From an uncultured Bacteroidales bacterium (GTDB lineage Bacteria; Bacteroidota; Bacteroidia; Bacteroidales; VadinHA17), in the NCBI GenBank assembly GCA_963732365.1, contig CAVSZC010000005.1:1834777-1898776 (forward strand): a stretch of 64,000 nt of DNA. Reading direction: 5' to 3'. The notes below the pieces were generated by a model. The model had not been told where the DNA came from. It did no database searches and saw nothing but the letters and a program-made list of their open reading frames with translations. Shown here piece by piece: positions 1 to 10,042 of this stretch (position 1 is the stretch's first letter; every line of letters starts with the position of its first letter). Made by a program: the position numbers and the translations under genes.

Positions 1-237
1 ATTTATCTTCTCCCTGACAGCTTCAGTCTCCCACTCCATAAAATCTTTTCCGCTGGTAGCCCTTATGAGGATGCTCTCACGGAGACCCGGAATGCACGAG
101 TGATACTCAAAATCAAGTCCTGATATTTTCCTGGCATAACCGTTGACCATATGGTCTTCAGGTGTGAAAAATGACTGGCCTGCAGCTGTCACGGATGCCA
201 GAACCAGTAGGCTGAGAATAATTGATAAGTTCTTCAT
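1..237 (-). CDS. 5' part of a secreted protein of unknown function; the gene runs off the left edge
   Basis: ATG at 237-235 (complement) opens a frame that stays open to base 1. The N-terminus MKNLSIILSLLVLASVTAAGQ looks like a signal peptide. It is absent from the ORF track because it is truncated. Confidence 0.4.
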   Translation of the reverse strand, partial: MKNLSIILSLLVLASVTAAGQSFFTPEDHMVNGYARKISGLDFEYHSCIPGLRESILIRATSGKDFMEWETEAVREKIN

Positions 238-245
238 CGCATTTT

Positions 246-2015
246 TTATTGTTTAACGAAGGCTTTGACAAGAATTGCCTCACCTCCTGAAAGATTTGTT
301 ATCGTTACAGATCCGGCTGCGGCCGGAATAATAAATGTTTCTGCGTAGTTATACCGGTGAGAGACTCCGTTAAGTGCCTCCACCAAAATGGCATCACCTT
401 CCACAAGACTCATAACCAGGCATTTGTTTTGGGTCCGGATATCAATTGAAGTTCTGAAACTGTATCTGTGTACGTCATAAAGATGGGTCTCATGGGTGGG
501 AAGATGCCACAGCTGCCAGTCGCGGCCCTCCTTAAGAAGATATGGTTTTGAGATTAAATGATCCCCGACATAACTGCCCTTACGGTCGAAGTAAAGGTTT
601 TCCATAGCCCTGTCGACATTCAGGTCGCGGGGTTTGCCGTTCAGATCCATCCTCAGCCAGTCGTACATCTTGAATGTAAAGATGTAGGGGGTGGAGCTTA
701 TCTCGAGAACGAGGTTATTCTTTCCTGAGCCGTGTACGGTGCCGTACGGTATCAGGAAGAGATCATGCCTCAACGCCTGGAACTTCTGGATAAACCTGTC
801 AACATCAAGAGATTGCCGGGTCAGGGCGCTATCCTTCAAGGCACTGCGGTACTCATCAGGGTTTATGTCGTCCTGGAATCCAAGATAGACTACTGCATCA
901 TCTTTGGTATCGATTATATAATAAGTCTCCTCCTGGGTAAAATTCTCGCCGAAATGTTTTTTCGTGTATTCCGGTCGCGGATGACACTGTATCGAAAGAT
1001 TACCACCTTCGAAGGTGTCGAGGAAGTCGAACCGTATGGGAAATTCAGTTCCGAAACGGGGGAAGGCGGCCCCCAGAACGGCTTCCCCCTCGAGGAACAT
1101 CAGGCAGTCAAACGAAGCTTCGAGCATAATAGATGAGCTTTCGAGCAGCAGCCCGTTCTCCGGTGTTATCAACTCGAAAGACCATGCGTAGTTGGGTACT
1201 TCGCTGTTCAGTCCTTCAATACGGTCTTTGATCCATGTACCGCCCCATGGCCCGGGCTCAAACCATGGTCTGACCCGAAACATGTTACGGCTCATCTCTT
1301 TAATGGCGGTGCGGAAATTGTCTCCGTGTATCCATACCGGATCATCCATCCGCTGCCCGTCAACGAAAATACCGGTCTCAGGGAGAAGAGAATGCTTATG
1401 CCTGTTCAATATAGGCCAGTCAACGAAATAGAAACGCTTGTACATCGCCTTCGGATCATCGGCAGTTGATAATCCCAGGTTACAAATCTTTTTCTCTCTT
1501 GCCCTGTACTGCAGTTCGTTCTTCGGCAGGTCAATGTAAATCAGCAGTCCCTGCCATCCGGCCAGGCTTGCTCCCGGCCCGATGATAATATTCAGGTCAT
1601 AAGTCCCGTCAGGTGTGACAGCCATCAGCTCCGGTATTCTTAAGAAATCCGGAAGGTTAAGGTCACACCTTCTGCCGAAGAGAGGATCATTACCGCCCGT
1701 ATATGGGGCAGTCAAAACTTTTATTTCATCTTCAGGCCTGAAGAATTCCGAAGTGCTGATCCATCTTACACTTGTGCCCGATCTGCTGAGTTCGTTGCCG
1801 ATCATGCGGCGTACATGATCATAATAAACGCCCGTATAACCATCTATGATCACCAGCCTGTGCTGTGCAATTTCGGCAGCGAGAGATTCAAATCCGGTGA
1901 AAATCTGATTTTCATTAATCCTGAAAGAGGGATAGATATCATATCCTTTACGGGCTTTACCGGTTTTCTTTAGCGGTATCGCGAACTGTCCTCCCTTTTC
2001 CTTTTTTCCGGTCAT
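246..2015 (-). CDS. class I mannose-6-phosphate isomerase-like protein (long form)
   Basis: 589-aa ORF carrying the type I PMI zinc-site signature LSIQCHP and a cupin-like C-terminal half. Confidence 0.6.
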   Translation of the reverse strand: MTGKKEKGGQFAIPLKKTGKARKGYDIYPSFRINENQIFTGFESLAAEIAQHRLVIIDGYTGVYYDHVRRMIGNELSRSGTSVRWISTSEFFRPEDEIKVLTAPYTGGNDPLFGRRCDLNLPDFLRIPELMAVTPDGTYDLNIIIGPGASLAGWQGLLIYIDLPKNELQYRAREKKICNLGLSTADDPKAMYKRFYFVDWPILNRHKHSLLPETGIFVDGQRMDDPVWIHGDNFRTAIKEMSRNMFRVRPWFEPGPWGGTWIKDRIEGLNSEVPNYAWSFELITPENGLLLESSSIMLEASFDCLMFLEGEAVLGAAFPRFGTEFPIRFDFLDTFEGGNLSIQCHPRPEYTKKHFGENFTQEETYYIIDTKDDAVVYLGFQDDINPDEYRSALKDSALTRQSLDVDRFIQKFQALRHDLFLIPYGTVHGSGKNNLVLEISSTPYIFTFKMYDWLRMDLNGKPRDLNVDRAMENLYFDRKGSYVGDHLISKPYLLKEGRDWQLWHLPTHETHLYDVHRYSFRTSIDIRTQNKCLVMSLVEGDAILVEALNGVSHRYNYAETFIIPAAAGSVTITNLSGGEAILVKAFVKQ

Positions 2016-2036
2016 GCCTGTCTCTGAATGTTGACT

Positions 2037-3602
2037 TTAGTTTTCTGTCTCCTGTCTTATTAAATCAAGATCATGAAAATCAAAGCTGAAATCTGTGAGA
2101 GGGGAGATCTCCTCCATTTTAAAGCCTGCCGGCCTGCCGTTCCTGTCAAGGGAGAATACCGCAAATGCGTCAGCATCCAGGCTCCTGTCGTCCCATCTGA
2201 CAATGAATGTATTGCCGGTATAGTAAATCATCTCTCCCCTCATTTTGGGTGACTTCACCGATCTGAAGCGCAACTTTCCCTCAACAGAGGATATCAGAAT
2301 GTCGCCGAACCAGATGTCAGTGTAGGTGCCGGTAAAGAGGTCATGATTTATTGCCGGACCGCTTTTTTTCTGCTGTTCTGCAATCTTATTCCATATTTCA
2401 CCGGTGATCTTTGCGGCCTCTGCCTGATTCTTCTGAACCTGGTCATGCTGTTCCTTCACCCTGTCTCTGCCTGTGATCCCCAGGTAACTGTCTTTTATGG
2501 TGTTAGTAATAGCTGTAAATGCTGCACCTTCCTGCTGGTTCGTGAAAACGATAATGCCGAGCTGCAGTTCAGGTATTATTGTTACCTGGGTCACTATGCC
2601 CATCAGTCCTCCCGTGTGAGAGGCCTGGAAGTATCCTTTTACGTCGCTCAGGAACCAGCCCAGTCCGTAACCGGAGAAGTGGGTGTTGTATGAAGATGTG
2701 CCTCTGACAGGAATTATTGTGTGCATGGTCCACATCTCTCTGTGCCTGTCATCAGAGAACAGTTGTTGAGCAGGATCTTTGCCATACCGGCCGCCGTTGA
2801 TCTGCGTAATGACCCATTTGCTCATGTCAGTAACATTACTGTAGATGCCGCCGGCAGAATTATGCATTTTACCTTCCTGCTTGGGCACAACCTGAAGTTT
2901 GCCGTCAACAGTGACATGAGCGTCAATTATGTTTGACCGGTTTTTCAGCCTTACATACGATGCCGCAGACATATTCATCTCAAGTGGTTTCATGATCCTG
3001 GTCTCAACGAACTCCTCCCAGCTCATACCGGTAATTCTGAAAACTACTTCACCGGCAACGACATATAACAGGTTGTCATAGTCATATTTGGTTCTGAATG
3101 ATGATACCCTGGGCAGGTAACGCAGATTGTGAATAATCTCTTCCTTCGAAAATTTCGCTGAATCGGGCCATAGCATCAGGTCACCGGCTCCCAGGCCCAT
3201 ACCGCTGCGATGTGTCAGGAGGTCAGCAATGGTGAATTCTTCAGTGACATAGGGGTCGTATAGCCTGAATTCGGGTATGATGTCAGTCACTCTGCTGTCC
3301 CATTTCAGTTTCCCGTCATCAATAAGTATCGCCAGTGCTGCCGCTGTAAAGGCCTTCGAGTTTGATGCTATCGCAAAGAGAGTGTTCTCATCCATTCTCT
3401 CCATGGTGTTTATTGACCTGACACCATATCCTTTTGCATGAATCAGTTTGCCGTCCTTTACAATTCCCACAGCAATCCCCGGCACATTGAAAGTTTCCAT
3501 AGTCCTGGCAACGAGCCTGTCAATTTCTGATGAGGTGACAGGTTGAGATAACAAGGCAACTGTCAGCAGCAACAGCAACGAAAATGAAATTACCCTTTTC
3601 AT
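2037..3602 (-). CDS. secreted serine hydrolase, beta-lactamase/PBP (class C-like) family
   Basis: Signal peptide MKRVISFSLLLLLTVALLSQ. SxxK active-site motif in ASNSKAFTAAAL. 521 aa with an extra C-terminal domain. Confidence 0.8.
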   Translation of the reverse strand: MKRVISFSLLLLLTVALLSQPVTSSEIDRLVARTMETFNVPGIAVGIVKDGKLIHAKGYGVRSINTMERMDENTLFAIASNSKAFTAAALAILIDDGKLKWDSRVTDIIPEFRLYDPYVTEEFTIADLLTHRSGMGLGAGDLMLWPDSAKFSKEEIIHNLRYLPRVSSFRTKYDYDNLLYVVAGEVVFRITGMSWEEFVETRIMKPLEMNMSAASYVRLKNRSNIIDAHVTVDGKLQVVPKQEGKMHNSAGGIYSNVTDMSKWVITQINGGRYGKDPAQQLFSDDRHREMWTMHTIIPVRGTSSYNTHFSGYGLGWFLSDVKGYFQASHTGGLMGIVTQVTIIPELQLGIIVFTNQQEGAAFTAITNTIKDSYLGITGRDRVKEQHDQVQKNQAEAAKITGEIWNKIAEQQKKSGPAINHDLFTGTYTDIWFGDILISSVEGKLRFRSVKSPKMRGEMIYYTGNTFIVRWDDRSLDADAFAVFSLDRNGRPAGFKMEEISPLTDFSFDFHDLDLIRQETEN

Positions 3603-3641
3603 TATTATCCGATATTAATTACAGTTTGATTAAGATCCTGT

Positions 3642-4517
3642 TTACTGTCTCCGGGGCTGACTCAGAACGGCTCTCTTTCTCAGATCATACCGGTCACCCT
3701 GTTTCAGCATGTAAAACAGGAATTCCTTTTCAGGCAGCTTCTTCAGGTCGCTTCCCTCGTGCGACCAGAATGATCCGTCATATATAAGCACATAGCTGGC
3801 CCCGATGACTTCAAGGGTATCTGCCCTGACTATGGCTGCAGTATTTTCGTCTATCCCTATCCCCAGCAATCCGGGCTTCTCCCTGAGTATCTCGTACATG
3901 TCAAACTGCCGGTTTCTTGCAAGTACATGCTGATCAATTGCTATGTTGCTTACATAGCCAAAACCCTCCTGGTGGTCGCCCATCATGATCTGGTTATTTC
4001 TGGTATCTCCTCTTGCCAGGAATGATCCCTGAATGGTGGCTCCGGCAGAAGTGCCTCCGATCACTCCGCCGCGGTCGAGCACCTTCCTGAACAGTGTCTC
4101 TGTGAGAGTACCCTTATATGCGTCGACCAGGTGCCACTGGCGTCCTCCGCCGAACCATACACCGTCAGCATTTTCAAGAGGTCTGGTGAATGAGACGCTG
4201 TTAGCAGAATCCCGGTTGTAAGTGTGAAACACAGTGACATTTTTTGCTCCCCGTGACCTCAGCATGTCACCTTCACTGTCTGCATAACTCTCAGCACCTG
4301 CGGCTGTCGGAACCAGCACGATGAGTGCTTCCGGACCTCCTGCAAGCTCAATGAATCTGTTTATAATTGTGTCAGACAACCTACCGCCGCCTACAATTAC
4401 AAGGGTACCCGTGACCGGGCCGGTTGTAACACTACTGGAGGCCGGGTCCTGCGAATAGGTATATTTTACCGGCAGGAGGGAGAGGAGACAAACAGCAATG
4501 ATTATTCTGATATTCAT
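3642..4517 (-). CDS. cyanophycinase-like peptidase (S51 family)
   Basis: Signal peptide. Nucleophile-elbow motif GGTSAGATIQG and the preceding GGGRQWHLVD block typical of cyanophycinase-type S51 enzymes. Confidence 0.7.
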   Translation of the reverse strand: MNIRIIIAVCLLSLLPVKYTYSQDPASSSVTTGPVTGTLVIVGGGRLSDTIINRFIELAGGPEALIVLVPTAAGAESYADSEGDMLRSRGAKNVTVFHTYNRDSANSVSFTRPLENADGVWFGGGRQWHLVDAYKGTLTETLFRKVLDRGGVIGGTSAGATIQGSFLARGDTRNNQIMMGDHQEGFGYVSNIAIDQHVLARNRQFDMYEILREKPGLLGIGIDENTAAIVRADTLEVIGASYVLIYDGSFWSHEGSDLKKLPEKEFLFYMLKQGDRYDLRKRAVLSQPRRQ

Positions 4518-5380
4518 GATGTGGCAATTAAAATGAGCATTATAAGCAGGGTGAAGCTGTTCATCAGTATGAATGCACTCTTCAGCCCCTCATCCTGTCT
4601 GCCTTTGAAAATAATCCTGTAAAAGAAAATTATGAAGGTTACATTAAGCCCCAGCAGAACCAGTCCTGCCGGTGGTTTCAACGGCATAAACATACCTGTC
4701 AGGACCCACAGGAGAATGGATGATGCGGTGACCCACAGAAACACAAGCCGCCCGATCTGTCTGTTGTCGATTGCACCGTAAATGGTTTTTATCCCGGCCT
4801 TCTGATATTCATGTCCGTACCTTATCAGCAGTATCCAGAAGTGGGGTATCTGCCAGAGAAACATGAAGAGTGCAAAAAGCAGTATCACGGTGTCTGTCAT
4901 CGCTCCACCGGCGGCGGTATATCCGATGAAAGGGGGTATTGCCCCCACTACAGCTCCGGGGACAATGGCAAGGGTTGTTATTTTCTTTAATCCGGTATAG
5001 ACTGCATTATAGAGTATCACATTGAAAAGGCCAAGCATCAGTGGTAACAGTCCGGTGAATGAGAGCATCAGTGAGCCAGCTGCCAGAAGAGCCCCTGAGA
5101 TCATCAGGGCTGTCAGTGAATTCATCTTTCCGGCCGGTAACGGACGGCCCATTGTCCTCTCCATCAGGGCGTCGCTCTTACGCTCTGTATATTGATTCAG
5201 TGCTGCAGCGCCTGCTGCCAGAAGAAACACGCCTCCGGCCACAAGGGAAAGGTCACCGCCGGCCTTTCCGCTGAAGAGGAAATAGCCTGTGACGGAAGAG
5301 AAGGCAACAGCCAGCGAGAGCTTCCATTTTATAAGCTCTGCAATGGTGCCTGGGCCATCTCTTCTATAGGTTTTCCCCAT
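4514..5380 (-). CDS. ctaB: heme o synthase (protoheme IX farnesyltransferase)
   Basis: Polytopic UbiA-family protein with NQYTERKSDALMERTMGRPLP. Overlaps the end of the COX II gene and closes the oxidase operon. Confidence 0.85.
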   Translation of the reverse strand: MGKTYRRDGPGTIAELIKWKLSLAVAFSSVTGYFLFSGKAGGDLSLVAGGVFLLAAGAAALNQYTERKSDALMERTMGRPLPAGKMNSLTALMISGALLAAGSLMLSFTGLLPLMLGLFNVILYNAVYTGLKKITTLAIVPGAVVGAIPPFIGYTAAGGAMTDTVILLFALFMFLWQIPHFWILLIRYGHEYQKAGIKTIYGAIDNRQIGRLVFLWVTASSILLWVLTGMFMPLKPPAGLVLLGLNVTFIIFFYRIIFKGRQDEGLKSAFILMNSFTLLIMLILIATS

Positions 5381-6293
5381 TAAGTGTCCTCAGATATTCA
5401 GTAATAATGTTTATATCACTCTCCGTGAGCAGGCCCCTGTATGACTGCATGAGCCCTTTGGAGTAACCCTCGGCGATCTCTTCATCAGGGCTGTATATAG
5501 AGTTGATGATGTAGGCTTCGTCTGCTGTGACAGTTTTTTGGGTATTGCCTGAAGTTACGTTTATCTGGCTTCCGTAGAAACCCTTAAACGAGGGGCCGAC
5601 AAGTTTGGTGCCGTCGAGGGAGTGACAGGCTAGGCACCCTGTTCCTCTCAGGAGAACGAGACCCTGAGGATCGGGAATGAAAGATGCGGTTTTAAGCTCC
5701 TCAAGCCATTTGTCAAATTCCTCCTGTTCAACTATTCTTGTTTTTGCAATCATTGCTGAATGGAGGAGGCCGCAATACTCCGTGCAGAGTATTTCATAAT
5801 CACCGATATAGTTAGGGGTGAACCATAGCCAGTTATCATAGCCCGGTATGACATCCTCCTTTACCCTGAATGCCGGTATGAAGAGGCTGTGATTTATATC
5901 TTCAGAGACAAGGTCAAGCTTCACAGGTTTGTTGATGGGCAACACAAGCTCCTTTGATCTCATGCTGTCCTGGTAAACAAACTCCCATTCCCACATCCGT
6001 CCTATTGCCGTCACCTTCATTGCATCAGGGGGCACCCTGCGCATGGGTGCAAAGCCCTTCCATCCGATCCAGAACATGAATATTACCAGAATAGTCGGTA
6101 CCACAGTCCAGATCACTTCCAGCTTATTGCTTCCGGAAAATTGCATCGGTGCCTTCCCCTTTTTTCTGGAAAAATGGATGACTGTCCAGATCATGAAGGC
6201 TGAGATGCCGATGATAAAGATGAAGGCTATGATAAAAATAAACAGGAATGCCTTGTCTACTCCTTCTGCAAGATTTGATGCCCCTGTAAACAT
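5364..6293 (-). CDS. ctaC: cytochrome c oxidase subunit II fused to a C-terminal cytochrome c domain (caa3-type)
   Basis: Two N-terminal TM helices. CuA site CTEYCGLLHSAM. C-terminal heme c motif CLACHS. Confidence 0.9.
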   Translation of the reverse strand: MFTGASNLAEGVDKAFLFIFIIAFIFIIGISAFMIWTVIHFSRKKGKAPMQFSGSNKLEVIWTVVPTILVIFMFWIGWKGFAPMRRVPPDAMKVTAIGRMWEWEFVYQDSMRSKELVLPINKPVKLDLVSEDINHSLFIPAFRVKEDVIPGYDNWLWFTPNYIGDYEILCTEYCGLLHSAMIAKTRIVEQEEFDKWLEELKTASFIPDPQGLVLLRGTGCLACHSLDGTKLVGPSFKGFYGSQINVTSGNTQKTVTADEAYIINSIYSPDEEIAEGYSKGLMQSYRGLLTESDINIITEYLRTLNGENL

Positions 6294-6305
6294 AATTGTC
6301 TGTTT

Positions 6306-6590
6306 TTATCTGAAATAATAATCTACGAAAGTCAGTATAATCACAAGTGCGAACATAACAAAGACGCCTGTCACCAGAAGTCTGAGAAAGAGGTTTTCAA
6401 ACTTCAGGTGCATGAAATTGATAAGCACAGTTGCCACCTTGACACATGCGATGATCAGAGCTACTGCCACCGTAAATGCCCCAAAGTGAAACCCCGTGAT
6501 CCACACTGAGAATGCGGTAAGGAACAGGAGCACGGCAAGGACAATTGCCAGTGATGAATAGCTTGAAATATGTTTATCCTCGTGTTTCAT
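6306..6590 (-). CDS. cytochrome c oxidase subunit IV family small membrane protein
   Basis: 94-aa three-helix membrane protein between COX III and COX II. The size and position match the prokaryotic subunit IV family. Confidence 0.6.
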   Translation of the reverse strand: MKHEDKHISSYSSLAIVLAVLLFLTAFSVWITGFHFGAFTVAVALIIACVKVATVLINFMHLKFENLFLRLLVTGVFVMFALVIILTFVDYYFR

Positions 6591-6596
6591 GGCGTT

Positions 6597-7211
6597 TCAG
6601 GTTATTAGGTATAAGAGCGGGAAGAGGAAGATCCAGATCAGGTCAACAAGATGCCAGTAGAGAGCGCTGTTCTCAAGCATCAGATAACGATTGCTGTTGA
6701 CTGACCCTGATTTTATCCTGACGACGTTAATTGAGAGCAGAACCATGCCGACAAGTACATGAAGGGCATGCAGGCCGGTCATCATATAGTACAGTCCGAA
6801 AAACAATAGCTCGCCGTGGCTCATGTTTTTAAGAACCTCTGACCCGGGATAGATTCCGTACTCGAACTTATGTGTCCATTCGAAATACTTGTTTACCATA
6901 AAGAGTGCCGCCAGAAGTATTGTAACAAGGACAAGGAACATTGCCAGTTTACGGTCACCCTTCTGAATCGCTGTCAGCGACATGGCTACCGTCATACTGC
7001 TCACAAGCAGGAAGACGGTGTTCATGGTTCCTATAAATGCATTCAGCTCCCCGGCTGCGATATGGAACTCTGCGGAATACTTCGCCCTGAAAACCGCATA
7101 TACAAGAAACAAACCACCGAAAAGAAATAATTCGGTGAAAAGGAAGATCCACATCCCCAGCTTTCCGGTTTCGCTGTCAATATGCTCTGCGTGTGTGTTG
7201 TGAACCGACAT
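6597..7211 (-). CDS. ctaE: cytochrome c oxidase subunit III
   Basis: 204-aa polytopic protein with MWIFLFTELFLFGGLF and C-terminal HLVDLIWIFLFPLLYL, typical of COX3. Confidence 0.85.
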   Translation of the reverse strand: MSVHNTHAEHIDSETGKLGMWIFLFTELFLFGGLFLVYAVFRAKYSAEFHIAAGELNAFIGTMNTVFLLVSSMTVAMSLTAIQKGDRKLAMFLVLVTILLAALFMVNKYFEWTHKFEYGIYPGSEVLKNMSHGELLFFGLYYMMTGLHALHVLVGMVLLSINVVRIKSGSVNSNRYLMLENSALYWHLVDLIWIFLFPLLYLIT

Positions 7212-7222
7212 ATACCAGGATT

Positions 7223-8848
7223 CTATTTATTGTCTGAATTATTCCCAAACAGGTACGGTTTCGACGTTATCACGGGTATATCGTCGAAATTCTCATGAGG
7301 CGGGGGTGAGGGTACTTTCCACTCAAGGGTAACACCTTTCCATGGATTGGCAGGAGCGACCTCTCCTTTTCTGGCACCTCTGATGAGGTTGTAAACCATC
7401 AGCAGAAGCCCGGCGATAAGGATAAACGCTCCTACTGTTGACAGCACGTGTCCGCTCTGGAACTGAGGCAGATAGTCGTATGACCGCCTTGGCATCCCCT
7501 GGAGTCCGACAATGAACAGCGGGAAGTAGAGGAGGTTGAAGCCGGCAAAGTTTAATCCCCATGCAATGTTTGCCACCCTGAAGTTGTACATCCTGCCGAA
7601 CATTTTCGGTGCCCAGTAGTGTATGGCCGCAAAGAAAGCAAAGCCCATTCCGCCGAAGATTATATAGTGGAAGTGAGCCACGACGAAGGCGGTATCATGA
7701 GTATGGACGTTGGTTGCCAGAGAACCCAGTACAAGCCCTGTAAAACCTCCTATCATGAACAGGAAAATGAATGATATCGCGTAGAGCAGGGGAGGCTTAA
7801 GATCTATTGACCCTCCATACATAGTTGATATCCAGTTGAATACCTTAATAGCGCTTGGCACTGCCACGATGAACGTAAGGAATGAGAAGAACCATCTGGC
7901 GTTATAGCTCATTCCAGAGGTGAACATGTGATGTCCCCAGACAAAATATCCGACGAAGGCAATTGCCAGGCTTGAGAGAACTATTGCTCCGTATCCGAAG
8001 ACAGGTTTCTGGCTGAAGGTTGGAAATATCTCGGTCACTATGCCCATGGCCGGCAAGATCATGATATAAACGGCGGGGTGGGAGTAGATCCAGAACAGAT
8101 GCTGGAACAGTACAGGGTCACCGCCCAGTGCCGGATCGAAGAAGCCGATGTTCAGAACCCTTTCAGCTATTACCATCAGGAGTGTTATCCCGACGATAGG
8201 GGTAGCAAGCACCTGTATCCACGCTGTGGCATATAATGCCCAGGGGAAGAGAGGCATCCTCATCCATCCCATTCCGGGAGCCCTCATCCTGTGTATGGTT
8301 ACTATAAAATTCAATCCTGTCAGGATCGAAGAGAATCCGAGTATGAATGCTGCCGTAAGTGCATAAATGACATTTGTTGAAGACTCAACGCTGTAGGGGA
8401 CATAGAAGGTCCATCCCGTATCAGGAGCACCTCCGCCAATGAATTGGGAAAGGACACCAAGTATAGCCCCGATCATGTAAAGATACCAGGAGAAGAGGTT
8501 TAGTTTCGGGAAGGCTACATCCCTGGCCCCGATGAGTATCGGCAGGAAAAAGTTGCCGAAGACGGCAGCCAGGCCAGGGATAACAATCACAAAAATCATT
8601 ATTATCCCATGTATGGTGAACAGCCCGTTATATGTCTGAGGCTCCATGATTGTTCTGCCCGGAGCAATAAGCTCAATGCGCATAAGGAGGCCAAGAAAGG
8701 CGGCCACAAAGAAGAAGACTATTATGGCATAGAGGTACAGCAGTCCGATCCTCTTGTGGTCAGTGGAGAGGAGCCACGACCATATTCCCTTGTGCTTACC
8801 CTGATAATCAAGATAACTCACCTGTGTTTCACTACCCGATATACTCAT
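7223..8848 (-). CDS. ctaD: cytochrome c oxidase subunit I (heme-copper oxidase catalytic subunit)
   Basis: 541 aa with WFFGHP-class blocks: LFWIYSHPAVYIMILPAMG, VWGHHMFTSGM, HFHYIIFGG. Confidence 0.95.
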   Translation of the reverse strand: MSISGSETQVSYLDYQGKHKGIWSWLLSTDHKRIGLLYLYAIIVFFFVAAFLGLLMRIELIAPGRTIMEPQTYNGLFTIHGIIMIFVIVIPGLAAVFGNFFLPILIGARDVAFPKLNLFSWYLYMIGAILGVLSQFIGGGAPDTGWTFYVPYSVESSTNVIYALTAAFILGFSSILTGLNFIVTIHRMRAPGMGWMRMPLFPWALYATAWIQVLATPIVGITLLMVIAERVLNIGFFDPALGGDPVLFQHLFWIYSHPAVYIMILPAMGIVTEIFPTFSQKPVFGYGAIVLSSLAIAFVGYFVWGHHMFTSGMSYNARWFFSFLTFIVAVPSAIKVFNWISTMYGGSIDLKPPLLYAISFIFLFMIGGFTGLVLGSLATNVHTHDTAFVVAHFHYIIFGGMGFAFFAAIHYWAPKMFGRMYNFRVANIAWGLNFAGFNLLYFPLFIVGLQGMPRRSYDYLPQFQSGHVLSTVGAFILIAGLLLMVYNLIRGARKGEVAPANPWKGVTLEWKVPSPPPHENFDDIPVITSKPYLFGNNSDNK

Positions 8849-8863
8849 ATGTATGACTGTTTT

Positions 8864-9640
8864 TTATTTTTTTCTCCGCCTGACAAGCAATATGATCATT
8901 ATTACAATAATGAAGAAGATTGTTATGACACCAACAATCCTGGTCACCTGCAGAGTGTAGGTCTTGCTGGCAGGGTTGTATGCGAAGCAATATTCCAGAA
9001 TCCGGTTTGATGTCGGTCTGGCAATGCCTTTCTGCGCTTCAACAATCGCCATTTTAACGTCAAACGGGAGGTATGTAAGACCATACAGGTACCTGGTGAT
9101 TTTGCCGGCCGGGCTGACAACCATAATAACAGAAGGGTGTGCAAAATCAAGTCCCTGTGGCTGATACTTGTACCCCGCGGCCGTTGTGATGGCACTGATA
9201 TTTTCCTGTATACCGGTAAGATAGATCCAGTCCTTCTGATGCTCCTTGCTTATGCGCTGAACGAAGTTGACTTTCTTCTCCTTTGCCTTTTCAGGTGTGT
9301 CGCTGGTATTGAAGCTTATTGTGATGACCTGGTAGTCGGTCCCGAGACTCATGTCCATCTTGCTTACGACATCGGCAATGCCATCCATGAGAGGGCTGCA
9401 GAGGTTCGGACAGTCAAAATAAACAAATGACATTATTGTTGGCTTGTCAATAAGCTGCCTGAGTGTTACCTGTTCACTGTTCTCATTGAAGAACCAGAGG
9501 TCAAGGGGGATTGTGTCACTCAGATGTTCAACAACGCCTATCTCTACTTCCTTTTGCTGGTACCCGGCTGTTTTGAGCTCCTGACCGGAAAGGAGGGGCA
9601 GGGTACCAATAAGCATTAATAAAGTAATCAAGTGTCTCAT
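8864..9640 (-). CDS. SCO1/SenC-family copper chaperone / thiol-disulfide protein
   Basis: CxxxC motif in FVYFDCPNLCSPL, plus N- and C-terminal TM segments. I use the ATG at 9640 (MRHLITLL...), which avoids overlap with DoxX. The ORF track extends to 9691. Confidence 0.8.
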   Translation of the reverse strand: MRHLITLLMLIGTLPLLSGQELKTAGYQQKEVEIGVVEHLSDTIPLDLWFFNENSEQVTLRQLIDKPTIMSFVYFDCPNLCSPLMDGIADVVSKMDMSLGTDYQVITISFNTSDTPEKAKEKKVNFVQRISKEHQKDWIYLTGIQENISAITTAAGYKYQPQGLDFAHPSVIMVVSPAGKITRYLYGLTYLPFDVKMAIVEAQKGIARPTSNRILEYCFAYNPASKTYTLQVTRIVGVITIFFIIVIMIILLVRRRKK

Positions 9641-9650
9641 ATTGATGTTA

Positions 9651-10031
9651 TTAGTTTTTCTTCTTTTCATCTTCGGTATAGATGCCGGCAATCATCAATG
9701 ATCCGCCCATTAACGATATATCCTTCAGAAGGGCGATAAGGGTTGTCGGGATCTCTTTACCGCTGAACAGATGAGGGATATGTATTGTAAGTATGAAGAT
9801 CAGCAGCAGGGCAGCCAGAATAAGTGTTGATTGCCTGACGAATTTCTTCGTAATGATGCTGATGCTTACCACAATAAGTACCAATCCTGTCAGGATGATA
9901 GTGTATGCCCCGAGCGGAATAAAGGAGGTAAGCATACCAACATAGTAATCCATCATCATGAAATGGTTTATCCCGAACACCGCAAATGGCAGGGCGAACA
10001 GGATTCTTCCAAGAGTAGTCAGGTTTTTCAT
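9651..10031 (-). CDS. DoxX-family membrane protein
   Basis: 126-aa four-helix protein with the DoxX-like start LGRILFALPFAVFGINHF. Confidence 0.65.
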   Translation of the reverse strand: MKNLTTLGRILFALPFAVFGINHFMMMDYYVGMLTSFIPLGAYTIILTGLVLIVVSISIITKKFVRQSTLILAALLLIFILTIHIPHLFSGKEIPTTLIALLKDISLMGGSLMIAGIYTEDEKKKN

Positions 10032-10042
10032 ATTTATGGAGG

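Noticed and set aside
6870-7203. Antisense and alternative-frame ORFs inside the oxidase genes. Similar ORFs of 60-180 aa lie opposite nearly every long gene, e.g. 691-1136, 2343-2693, 36273-36806, 40867-41277 and 46369-46860.
   Set aside because: They are shadow ORFs fully embedded in longer ORFs that carry clear family motifs. Their translations are compositionally odd (Arg/Ser/Cys-rich) and have no recognisable motifs.
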